64,000 nt of DNA from an uncultured candidate division Zixibacteria bacterium (lineage in GTDB: Bacteria > Zixibacteria > MSB-5A5 > UBA10806): positions 192,001 to 256,000 of the forward strand of contig CAWDFP010000007.1 in assembly GCA_963801605.1 (NCBI GenBank). Reading direction: 5' to 3'. The first letter of the stretch is position 1. Each line of letters begins with the position of its first letter. This document shows positions 30,757 through 40,246 of the stretch, piece by piece. A model generated the notes under the pieces. It made no database searches, had not been told where the DNA came from, and was given only the letters and a program-made list of their open reading frames with translations. The position numbers and the translations under genes are program-made.

Positions 30757-31042
30757 ACCTTACCATTGCCCTATTTTACGCCTTACCTGGTTTGGAATAA
30801 TGCAAAAAAACCATTTAAGGCCCAAGGGCTAAACGGTTAAAATACCAATTATTTTAAGTTTGGCAATAGTTAATTGCATTAATACGATGATTTTAGCGAT
30901 ACTCCCGGGACCGGGATGCCAATCTCTTTTTGTCGAAAATTGAGGTAATTACGATGCTCGGCGGCAAATATTAACTGACATTCCGGAAGATTATTAGAAT
31001 CTGTCAAAATCAAATGAGGGTTACGCCATAATCCTTCTTAAT

Positions 31043-31075
31043 AAAAAACCGGGACCCCATTTTGAGATCCCGGTT
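31043..31075 (-). terminator. Intrinsic terminator after the C25 gene
   Basis: Minus strand AACCGGGATCTC-AAAAT-GGGGTCCCGGTT followed by TTTT. Confidence 0.75.
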
Positions 31076-31101
31076 ACAAGAACTAATTGTTTATTACTTA
31101 A

Positions 31102-34100
31102 CTACTTATCAGAATGAGCCGGCCCGTTAGGATTGGGGTTAAGCAAGTTTGATGGCGGGCAATCGGCGCAAGGGACTGCTCCCGGACCACCTTTGAAATA
31201 GCTAACCATATAAGTAACATCCAGTCCGTTGAAACTGCATGAGCCGTTAACATCTCCTGCTACAAACCAGGTATGTCCGGTGGTGCACTCGCAGGTATAA
31301 CCCGGGGCGGGGCCGCCTTTGAAATACCCCACGCTGTAGGTTACATCCAAACCGTTAAAGACACCGCTATTATTGGCATCGCCTATAGCATAGTGGCAGT
31401 TTGGGCCGACCGATAGAACCGCTATCGATACTGGAATATTGCCCGATGGTGTATCAGGATCGTTTGATGCCAGGGTAATATGGCCTGTATAATTACCGGG
31501 GCCGACGACAGTAGCGTCCAATCTCACGTTGGCAATGAGGCTATCCCCCGGAACGAGCGTATCTGCCGGCGGAGTGACGAAAAGCCAGTTATTGAGAAGA
31601 TGAGGAAGATCGGTATTATTACCATTGCCTCCGCCGTTGCTTGTTATTATCGGCATATCGTTATCGTTATTGCCATCAGGAGCAATCAGGCTGCCCTCGA
31701 TTCCGGTCAAAGTCAGAATTAAATTTGAGCCGCCTGTATTTTTAATTATCAGACTCCTGTCGATAATGGCTCCTTGATTGATATTCTCGGTAAACGACGC
31801 TGGACGCCAGGTAATATTCGGTGGAGGCGGCGCCGTAACCCGAAGCTGTATCGGCATCGTAACCTGCGAATGGGTCGGATCGTTCGTAGTCGTAATCAGC
31901 GAGCTATTATACAACGCAGGAGTCAAGCCAATCGCGCTGAGAGTGACTGCATGCAGGATACTATCACCAGGTGCAATATTGTAGGGGCCGGGCGCTGTCG
32001 TGATCCAGGCGGCTGACGGTGAGAAGGCGACCGTAAGGGTAGCAGATCCTATATTTTTCACTTTAACATCAAACGGGGCCGTCAAGCCAGCCTGTAGCGT
32101 ATCGGTGAAACTTGCAGGGGTTTGCTGAATTTGAGGAGTACCCGCGCTGCCGACAGTAAAGCTGACGGGGATATCGATCGAACTTTCATCAGGATCGTTG
32201 GAATCAAGATCGAAATGACCGGTGTAAGTTCCTGGAAATAAACCTGTGGCATCAAAAGATACCGCCGCCGATGTATCATTGCCGACGGTAAGATATCCAC
32301 TGTGAATAGTGGAATTTAGCCAATTCGCAGGCATATAGAAAGCGATTCCCAGATTGCTATGCAAATAATCAGCATTGTAAACCACCTGCAGGCCGTCCGT
32401 TCCCGATGAATTTTCTATTCCTATAGTGCAGGAATTAAGTCCCCTGGTACCACCATCTACGGTGCCATATTCCAAACGAACTCTTCCAGACGGAAAGAGA
32501 ATGGCCTCAAAATTCAACTCTCCACCGCCTGAAAAGAATTCAATATTTGTGAAGCTCACGATAAAACGGTTGTTTGACGCATCATAATAATACATCACCG
32601 AACCATGCCGTTGAGGACTTAGATCATCCCAAAGCATAGCTATAAAATCGTTCGGTGCATTAGAGCTGGGGATAAGCGTATTTGAATACGATGCAGTTCC
32701 CGCCCCGAACGTCAGGATACCGTTTGAGTTTACATAGATTGAGTTGTAGGTGTTTCCATAGAATGGGAAATCTATTCCCATATTAAATGGTCCCATTGAT
32801 TGGTCGTCCTCAGTAAAAGTAACGGGAGTACCAACGCTGCCGATATCAACCCATTCATACGCCGGGGCTCCAGGATTATCTGAATCTACCCACAGGTTTC
32901 CGAAGACATCCGGGCCACCGTGATTCAGAATAACAGGCGGATAAAGCGGTTCCCTTTCACTTCCGGCCTTTGCTCCAGCCACGTCCATATAACCGATCGG
33001 TTTCGTTACTGATTGAATTATTGGATTGGAGCCGCTGTTATTGTCTAGGATTCTACCGTAATCTGTATATTCGTTTAAAGTAAACGAAAGAAGCCCGCCG
33101 CTGACATTTGAGATAGTTAGGGTATCGTAAATTATCTGACCAACGTCGGCTGACTTAATGAATGACGTAGGATCGTACGAAATATCAGGAGGAACTTGCA
33201 TCCCAACCGCCGTAGTAACCTTGATCGCCCGACCCGCCTGAAGAACCGCGGCCCCAGGATTGTAAAGATTATCATAAGTATACTGAAGACCGTCGCTATT
33301 TGTCAGATTCTGAATTCCCACGGTGCTGAAAAGCCCGGGAGCTTCGCCATAATCCCAACCATCATAATCGTCATTGACTACAGTTTGGTATTGGAATACC
33401 AATTCGCAATCGCCGGTCGGAGTAGGATAATACGTATTATCGTAAATTATCAGTTCGAAAGTCTCGCTCGAGCCTGAGCGCGGGTGTGTGCATCCCTTCC
33501 ACTCAATTATAAGCCGGTGATTGGCCGAGTCATAGTAGCGGAAGACGCCGTTTGGAGCAGTATATTCCAGGTCATCCCAGAATGGCGCAATGATTCCATC
33601 CGGAGCGCTTGGTTCCGGAATTTGACCGTTATCGAATGCGCTCCAATGATGGCCCTGCATATCGTATCTGGTGGTATCGAAAGCAATGAATCCATTGATC
33701 GATACCAGCGCATAATTAAAGGCATGGCCATAGTATTGCAAATTAAAAGGCAAAGAAATGACTTCCGCATCATCGTCCGTACCGAATGGAAAAGTGATTC
33801 GAGTCCCGATTGTGGAAATCTCCTGCCAGTCGTAAATAGGGCATGCCAAATAAGCGCCGTCGGTGTTATCATATAGATAGTAACCGTAAGAATCGGGGCC
33901 AACGGGATCAAATGTATTGACATTCCCTACTACCAATGAGAATGGCCTGGTCGTGACAGAGCCGTTGCTTGATGTCAGCTCAAGATTAAAGCTGATATTG
34001 CGTCCGTTATAGGTGCCCGCTCTGGCTTGAATGCTGAACGGCGATGAGCTATTGGAGCCAGTTGCTCCGATGCCAATATTGCCGAAACTGGCAGTGCCAT

Positions 34101-36705
34101 TTACGATGGCGATACTGGTATCGACTGTAGTTAAAATCCCGCTAATAGATGTTCCTGCCAGGCCGCCAAGATTTTGAAGGCTAACCACTAATTGCGAAGT
34201 TTCCCCGGGATCAAGTCTATTATTGGAATTGCCCGGGTAAGTCAATCCTGTTTCCCGAAACATCATATTACTTACATCCACCGGTACGGCGGCCGTCCAG
34301 TTTCCTTGATCGGATGTGATATTTAATTGAAGAACATAACGTTCTCCATGTGAAATATCAGGAGTTAAAAGAGCCGCAAATTTGTTCGACGTAGCTGTGG
34401 CACCCGGATCTATTGAGCCATATGATTGGGTGGGAACGCTGATAAAAATATCCGGGCTTGGGCTTGTCAGGGTTGCTGAGACATTAGTGGCAGTTGTGGC
34501 ATTCCCAAAGTTACGCAGAGTAACATCGAGTTCAATAGTTTCCGATGGATTAGCATTACCATCGGAATTGCCCTGCGAATTTCCCGAATTATCATCGTCT
34601 AATGCAATTGCATTGACGTTAACAGCCACCGGCGAAGCTTGAACTAAAGTTGAGCCAAGATGAGGAATATAATTAACGTCTGTGACTGTCACAAACATTG
34701 TATCAGCGACCGTGGTTGCGAAATTGAGCGTTATATCGCCGTTAGCATCGGTTCTACCGCCGACAAAAACTTCCTCGGTGGTTCTTCCCTTTACCAAATT
34801 GACATAAGCTCCTTTCAACGGGGTCCCGCCTGTGCCCGTTACGTGAACGGTTATTATGCTTGAGCCCACCGGCAATGTAGATGGGTAGGTAACCGTCATT
34901 GTTTTGGGAGTAGTCGTCCTTATATCAAATTCCGGTTCCCCCAAAGTATTGAATGTATGGCAATATCTCTCAACCCAGGATCCGGGGCCATTGGCCCTTG
35001 GAAAGGTATTATAAAGCTCCATCTTGCCGGCAAAGGCCGCGGTTGCGAAATTATGAATATCCTGTTCGAAAATAGACCAGATATAGCCAAACATGAGTGG
35101 ATTATTGTATTTGGAGTGAGTGCCTGACTCTACTGCGCCATAAAACCCCGGACCGCCCTTCAGTTCGCTTGGCGAGGCTCCGGCCTGAATCCAGACTTCT
35201 CCAAAGCATGCCCCGGATCCACCATAGGCGCCCGTGCCGCATGTAAGAGACGCCAATACCCCGATTTTATTATTGTTAGCCACTGAGGCAAAATCGGAAG
35301 TTAAGTAAACCGGCAATCCAAATCCAGATGGAGACCCCCATCCTCGATAATTTACCAGCGATACGCCGCTGTTAAGGGAGGCGGTAATCTGGCCAGGGCC
35401 GGGGTCACCTCCGGGCTGCCAGCCGAAAGATGTATCAACCCTTGTAAATCCGTGACGCATCATTTGCTCTCGCGCCCAAAGGACATTGAGTCTCGGGCTT
35501 AGAGTCGGAGCCCCTCCGGAATTATAATTTCCGGCGGTACAGAGACCTCTTGTCCAATAGGCGGGATCACCCACGTAGGGAGATTTATCATATATGATAC
35601 TTTTATAAATGGTATTTCTTACAGTAATGTTATCGTTGGCCATTGACATTCTGGTCACCATGACATCCGAAAAATAATCGGAACCATCTACACATGAATA
35701 ATGGTGATCGGACGTATATCCTCCGAAACCATAATCGACGATACCTTCGTTGGTATCGCCTATCAGGCAAACAAATTCTGGAGGAATGGCCCAGGTATTG
35801 TATGCATTCTGAATATAATTGAAAACCGCAGCATTGGAGCCGCCGCCTCCGCCGGGAATATCAGTCGATCGGGTTACTATTACGTTATACCCCTTACGAT
35901 GCTTCCAATTGGCGAGAAGCTGAATAAGTGAATCTGGGAAAGCATTCGGCGTAATGATAAGATAACCGCCTCTGACTGGTTCATAGGACGCCAGCATTTC
36001 ATCGGCGTTGGGTGCAATTGAACGATAGAGTTCCAGGTATGACTCGGAAATATGATTGTCACGCCTGATTTTGATATTACGGTTATCCGTTCCCTCATAC
36101 ACCAGGCGGTAATCGACGCTGGTATAAACTTTAAGCTGTCTGGTAACGGGGTTATATTGAATCGGATTTGCCTCGGCCTGGACCATTCTCAAATCGCGGC
36201 AAATCACCGGCTCGCCAACCTGCACCAGTTCCGACGGATAAAATTCGTTTCTCTGATAAAATCCATTATCCCTGGTGAAGGGAATCGCGTCTTGTGACTC
36301 ACCTTCAATTGGCGATGGCTGCGTAGGATATACGTCGACATTATCAATGATCTGATAGGATGATGATACTATTTCAACTCTGATCCCCGCTTGATCCGGA
36401 ATGGCGACAAACTGAGCAATTACGGGTAGATCGGGAAGGCCGTCCTCGCCGGTTTGCCCGTATTTTTCCGGATTATCGGTAATCGGTGAAATCTCCTGAT
36501 AGGATGTAGTCCCCACAGTTTTTTCCGAAAGATCCACGCCTGCCAGGCGAATCGAAAAGCCCGTTTGAGTAGTTGTTGAAAGCGCTTTTTGAATGGGAAG
36601 CTGTCCCATGTTGGCCTGGTCCAGAACAACCCTTCGATTTGCCTCGGCTCCCATGACCAGCGCCGGCAGTAAAAGCATCATCAACATCCGTGTAACAACA
36701 CGCAT
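31102..36705 (-). CDS. Large secreted gingipain-like C25 family protein (propeptide, C25 core, Ig-like repeats, dockerin-like tail)
   Basis: Start MRVVTR after GGAGG; GLPDLP and NPIQYNP propeptide motifs; LANWKHRKGY, LIGD, NYRGWG, SLTCGTG and LGEP; duplicated GDxNxS..NGLDV C-terminus. Confidence 0.85.
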   Translation of the reverse strand: MRVVTRMLMMLLLPALVMGAEANRRVVLDQANMGQLPIQKALSTTTQTGFSIRLAGVDLSEKTVGTTSYQEISPITDNPEKYGQTGEDGLPDLPVIAQFVAIPDQAGIRVEIVSSSYQIIDNVDVYPTQPSPIEGESQDAIPFTRDNGFYQRNEFYPSELVQVGEPVICRDLRMVQAEANPIQYNPVTRQLKVYTSVDYRLVYEGTDNRNIKIRRDNHISESYLELYRSIAPNADEMLASYEPVRGGYLIITPNAFPDSLIQLLANWKHRKGYNVIVTRSTDIPGGGGGSNAAVFNYIQNAYNTWAIPPEFVCLIGDTNEGIVDYGFGGYTSDHHYSCVDGSDYFSDVMVTRMSMANDNITVRNTIYKSIIYDKSPYVGDPAYWTRGLCTAGNYNSGGAPTLSPRLNVLWAREQMMRHGFTRVDTSFGWQPGGDPGPGQITASLNSGVSLVNYRGWGSPSGFGLPVYLTSDFASVANNNKIGVLASLTCGTGAYGGSGACFGEVWIQAGASPSELKGGPGFYGAVESGTHSKYNNPLMFGYIWSIFEQDIHNFATAAFAGKMELYNTFPRANGPGSWVERYCHTFNTLGEPEFDIRTTTPKTMTVTYPSTLPVGSSIITVHVTGTGGTPLKGAYVNLVKGRTTEEVFVGGRTDANGDITLNFATTVADTMFVTVTDVNYIPHLGSTLVQASPVAVNVNAIALDDDNSGNSQGNSDGNANPSETIELDVTLRNFGNATTATNVSATLTSPSPDIFISVPTQSYGSIDPGATATSNKFAALLTPDISHGERYVLQLNITSDQGNWTAAVPVDVSNMMFRETGLTYPGNSNNRLDPGETSQLVVSLQNLGGLAGTSISGILTTVDTSIAIVNGTASFGNIGIGATGSNSSSPFSIQARAGTYNGRNISFNLELTSSNGSVTTRPFSLVVGNVNTFDPVGPDSYGYYLYDNTDGAYLACPIYDWQEISTIGTRITFPFGTDDDAEVISLPFNLQYYGHAFNYALVSINGFIAFDTTRYDMQGHHWSAFDNGQIPEPSAPDGIIAPFWDDLEYTAPNGVFRYYDSANHRLIIEWKGCTHPRSGSSETFELIIYDNTYYPTPTGDCELVFQYQTVVNDDYDGWDYGEAPGLFSTVGIQNLTNSDGLQYTYDNLYNPGAAVLQAGRAIKVTTAVGMQVPPDISYDPTSFIKSADVGQIIYDTLTISNVSGGLLSFTLNEYTDYGRILDNNSGSNPIIQSVTKPIGYMDVAGAKAGSEREPLYPPVILNHGGPDVFGNLWVDSDNPGAPAYEWVDIGSVGTPVTFTEDDQSMGPFNMGIDFPFYGNTYNSIYVNSNGILTFGAGTASYSNTLIPSSNAPNDFIAMLWDDLSPQRHGSVMYYYDASNNRFIVSFTNIEFFSGGGELNFEAILFPSGRVRLEYGTVDGGTRGLNSCTIGIENSSGTDGLQVVYNADYLHSNLGIAFYMPANWLNSTIHSGYLTVGNDTSAAVSFDATGLFPGTYTGHFDLDSNDPDESSIDIPVSFTVGSAGTPQIQQTPASFTDTLQAGLTAPFDVKVKNIGSATLTVAFSPSAAWITTAPGPYNIAPGDSILHAVTLSAIGLTPALYNSSLITTTNDPTHSQVTMPIQLRVTAPPPPNITWRPASFTENINQGAIIDRSLIIKNTGGSNLILTLTGIEGSLIAPDGNNDNDMPIITSNGGGNGNNTDLPHLLNNWLFVTPPADTLVPGDSLIANVRLDATVVGPGNYTGHITLASNDPDTPSGNIPVSIAVLSVGPNCHYAIGDANNSGVFNGLDVTYSVGYFKGGPAPGYTCECTTGHTWFVAGDVNGSCSFNGLDVTYMVSYFKGGPGAVPCADCPPSNLLNPNPNGPAHSDK

Positions 36706-37114
36706 CTTGCCTCCTTCACGATTTTGATTCAGTTCCAATGGGATTTTATTAATTGCATATGAATAACCTGCGTCAATTGCCGCCTCAAATAATTTATATA
36801 ATTTTGGGAAAATACTTCTCTCAAAGAAGCATCTACATATATGATCTAAAACCCGCCCAACACGCATCGCCTACTACTTTGAATTTTGATCCGCCAACTG
36901 GAAACAATTGATTTATGAATAGGAATAAAACCGATAAGCAGGTAATTTCGCTTATTGCACTATTGTGCAAAGGCAGGCAAATTATCGAGGATTTTAATTT
37001 ATCAGGCTGCGCGTCCAATGATGTCAAGCCATGCTCCGAAAAGTAACCCGAAGACCCAACCAGAAGAATATTTCAACTTAGTATATTACAAATATCATCA
37101 AATACAAACGCCTT

Positions 37115-40093
37115 TTACTGTTCCCCAATCACTTTTTCGTCACTCAATGGATGTAGCAAGAGATCTCCCCCGGGAGGACAATCCGGACAAAAGCGCAGCG
37201 GCTCTCCCCCCTTGAAATAGCTTACCAGAAAAGTAACATCGAGACCGTTCACACTGCAGCTTCCATTGACATCACAAGCTGGCGATATCGCCCCGTTGGG
37301 AGGACAATCCATGGTAAAAGGAGGCGGATCGCCTCCCTTGAAATAATTAACCAAAAATACCACATCCAAGCCGTTAGCCTGGCCGCTGTTATTGACATCT
37401 CCCGAAACATAGGATGTGCCGCGGGAAATATTGAAACTAAAATCTTGCGAACTGCTATCAGCGATAATATCTGTAACCAATACGGTGAAATTTATTACAC
37501 CTGAGTCGCCCGGAATACCCTCAAGTAACCCATCACCGGAGAGCGCTAACCCGCTGCCTGCCAGATCGTTATCCCTATCGATCCAGTGCCTGACCCCGGT
37601 TCCTCCCAAGGCCTGAAGTTGAATTGAATAAGGCCGACCTGCGAATCCGTTGGGAAGCGTCAGCGTCGTTATCGCCAGTATCGGATTGACGGTGAATACG
37701 AAGGGACGCTCATCAGAACCGCCTATTTGATCTTCAACTCGCGCCGTAAATGATATCTGGTTCGCGGCAATTGGAACACCCGAAACAAGCCCGGCGGTGG
37801 AAAGTGTCAGCCCGGTGCCATTAAGACCATCCAGGGGATCGTACCAGATTAGCATACCGCTTCCGCCAATAGCCTCAAGTTGCTGGGAGTAAATATGCCC
37901 AACTGTCCAATCGGGCAGTAAATCGGTCGTAATTTCCAATGACGGCGACGCTGTTGGCGGGAAAACGATATAATCGATCCAGCCGCAATCGCTGCCGCTG
38001 GAGACGCCGCGGTCTTTATAATATCCCCATTTGAAAGTGTGCAGACCGGCGCTGACGCCAAAACTTGCCTGGGTCCAGCCAACCTCACCGGACCACTGGT
38101 TTTGAAGATTATCGTCAATATAAAATTTGAGATAATCGTAATTAAGTTCGGAGGAGACTTTGTAATAAAAAGTGATCGTCCCCGGCGCCGCCACGTTCAT
38201 GGAAATGGAAAGCTCGGATGATTGGTAGTGGGTTATCACTCCCGATCTGGCGCTGTATATCCCCTCATAAGGCAGGCTGGTAGTGGTAATCCAACCGGCA
38301 TTACCGCCCATCTGCCAGGGGAAACTTGTAAAGCCGCCTGACTCAAAATCTTCTACCTGCCGTCCAACTATTACGCTGAAAAAGGCGCTGTCGATATATC
38401 CGCCATTGGCCGTTAGCCCCAAACGGAAATTAATCTGATGATAGGCCGGACAGGAATCGGATATAATAAAATTATATGCCGCCAGCGAAATACCGGCGCC
38501 GGCAGGGGTGATATTCGGATAGCCGGAACTGTCTTGCGCGATAGTAATATAGGAATCTGAACTCGATAAAATCCCGATCGTATTCTGAGCGACGCCTCCG
38601 CCATCATTTCTCAAAGTGATATGCATCGAAACAGTATCACCGGGATCAGGCTCACCGGCGTTATTGGATAAATAGGCTAAATCGGGTGTGGTCGGAATAG
38701 CTTGTAGTTGGACATTCACGTAAGTGGCATGGCGGCTGGTAACGCCGATGCCGCTCACCGTTTGAGTAATATATCCGGGACTGGCAAAGCTGAGATTATA
38801 AGTGCCGTTGGCCAGCATACGATGATAATCGCCAACGTTGGGATCTGTAAATACCCGAGCGCTATCGATATCATGGCCAATAACTGTCACAACTGCCGCT
38901 AATGGATCGCCTGTTGAGGAATCGGTGACAACCCCGCGGATGCCGTAAAGGCTGTTTTCAAGATAATTCAAAAATGATATGCGATTATAATCCCAATGCG
39001 CCGGAAGCTGATTGGCTGGAAGAAGTTTGGTGGCCGATATTTCTATCGTTTCCTCGCGATCTCCCTTGAAGTAGGTCATGTAATCTTGCCGTCCGCCGGT
39101 AACGCGATACCAGGCATATCCATTGGTGATGCCATTATTGAGATCGTCCATATAACCCGATGGGCTATGGGCATGGACGGAATCGGCATAGGCGCGGGAT
39201 ACGTTGATAAACCAGGTATTGTCGGCATGAAGCCTGGACCAGGTATCCCAGGGATAATTGACTACCTCGGCCCCACCGTGAAAATTGGCGGAGATGACGA
39301 AACTATGCGCCGCGGCAAAATTCATCATGGCTATCGTTTCGGGCTGCCAGGCGTTGCCATCGGGATGAGCGCCGGCGGCGGGATCGGGGAAATTACGGTT
39401 GAGATCGACACTGTTGGCGTTATATCTCCAGGCGCCGCTGACAGAGTTATTTCCACCATGATAGGTGCCATCGGGATTAGCCAGAGGATTGATCCAAACC
39501 TCGGTGCTGTCCAGAAGCCGGGTAATCTGCGGATCGGTTCCATAGTTGGTAAGCAGGTAATCGATCAAATGCAGCATTAGAATATAGCCGGTGGTCTCGT
39601 CGCCATGCATGGAGCTGGAATACATCACCTCAGGTTCATTTTCCTGAACGCCGATATTTGTCGATAACTTGGCAAAAAGAAGCTGTCTTCCCTGCACGGT
39701 TGTCCCGATATTTACGATTTGACAGAGATTCGGATAGGTGGTGGCAAATAAATTCATCATATCGAGATAGGCTTGATAGGTTGGATAGGTATCCCAATCG
39801 GTGATGACCCCCTCGACTGTATTTGACATGGGAGGATTAATCAGGCTGCCGGGTGACGGTAGAACCTCATAGCGATATCCTAAAGTGCGAAAATAAGCGA
39901 ACTGCTGATCGGTGGCGTAGGCGTAAACGGTCAGGCCATCGACATTATCTATCGAAATGAGATTGGTCAGCTTATAGACTTCATCATGCGAGCTGATTTG
40001 GAATTTGAAATAATTCTGGCCGGTATCGGCCGATGCGAATGCAGAAAAGATCAGGAGCCATATTACGGCCAGCAACAGAACCTTCGTTTTCAC
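37115..40093 (-). CDS. Secreted M14 zinc carboxypeptidase with Ig-like domains and dockerin-like tail
   Basis: Signal peptide; MHGDE, NPDG, DLNRNF, SANFHGG and TIEIS motifs; transthyretin-like domain, putative Ig repeats, duplicated NGLDV tail. Confidence 0.9.
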   Translation of the reverse strand: MKTKVLLLAVIWLLIFSAFASADTGQNYFKFQISSHDEVYKLTNLISIDNVDGLTVYAYATDQQFAYFRTLGYRYEVLPSPGSLINPPMSNTVEGVITDWDTYPTYQAYLDMMNLFATTYPNLCQIVNIGTTVQGRQLLFAKLSTNIGVQENEPEVMYSSSMHGDETTGYILMLHLIDYLLTNYGTDPQITRLLDSTEVWINPLANPDGTYHGGNNSVSGAWRYNANSVDLNRNFPDPAAGAHPDGNAWQPETIAMMNFAAAHSFVISANFHGGAEVVNYPWDTWSRLHADNTWFINVSRAYADSVHAHSPSGYMDDLNNGITNGYAWYRVTGGRQDYMTYFKGDREETIEISATKLLPANQLPAHWDYNRISFLNYLENSLYGIRGVVTDSSTGDPLAAVVTVIGHDIDSARVFTDPNVGDYHRMLANGTYNLSFASPGYITQTVSGIGVTSRHATYVNVQLQAIPTTPDLAYLSNNAGEPDPGDTVSMHITLRNDGGGVAQNTIGILSSSDSYITIAQDSSGYPNITPAGAGISLAAYNFIISDSCPAYHQINFRLGLTANGGYIDSAFFSVIVGRQVEDFESGGFTSFPWQMGGNAGWITTTSLPYEGIYSARSGVITHYQSSELSISMNVAAPGTITFYYKVSSELNYDYLKFYIDDNLQNQWSGEVGWTQASFGVSAGLHTFKWGYYKDRGVSSGSDCGWIDYIVFPPTASPSLEITTDLLPDWTVGHIYSQQLEAIGGSGMLIWYDPLDGLNGTGLTLSTAGLVSGVPIAANQISFTARVEDQIGGSDERPFVFTVNPILAITTLTLPNGFAGRPYSIQLQALGGTGVRHWIDRDNDLAGSGLALSGDGLLEGIPGDSGVINFTVLVTDIIADSSSQDFSFNISRGTSYVSGDVNNSGQANGLDVVFLVNYFKGGDPPPFTMDCPPNGAISPACDVNGSCSVNGLDVTFLVSYFKGGEPLRFCPDCPPGGDLLLHPLSDEKVIGEQ

Positions 40094-40246
40094 AAATCCT
40101 CCAGGAAGCGGTCATTAGAAGGTTAACGGCGCCCGCTTTTCACCCTCAAAAGCGGTCGGTAAAAATATATCATATTTGCAGCTATTTACAAGCGGATTTA
40201 TCTATGGTATCGTTGTTGGTTACGATAAGGGCGGTAAAATAAATTG

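Noticed and set aside
30757..31040. SRP RNA (ffs) next to ffh
   Set aside because: No CAGG...GGAA...AGCAG domain IV motif found on either strand.
36706..36867. N-terminal extension of the C25 ORF to 1921 aa
   Set aside because: A GGAGG SD and a signal peptide support the start at 36705.
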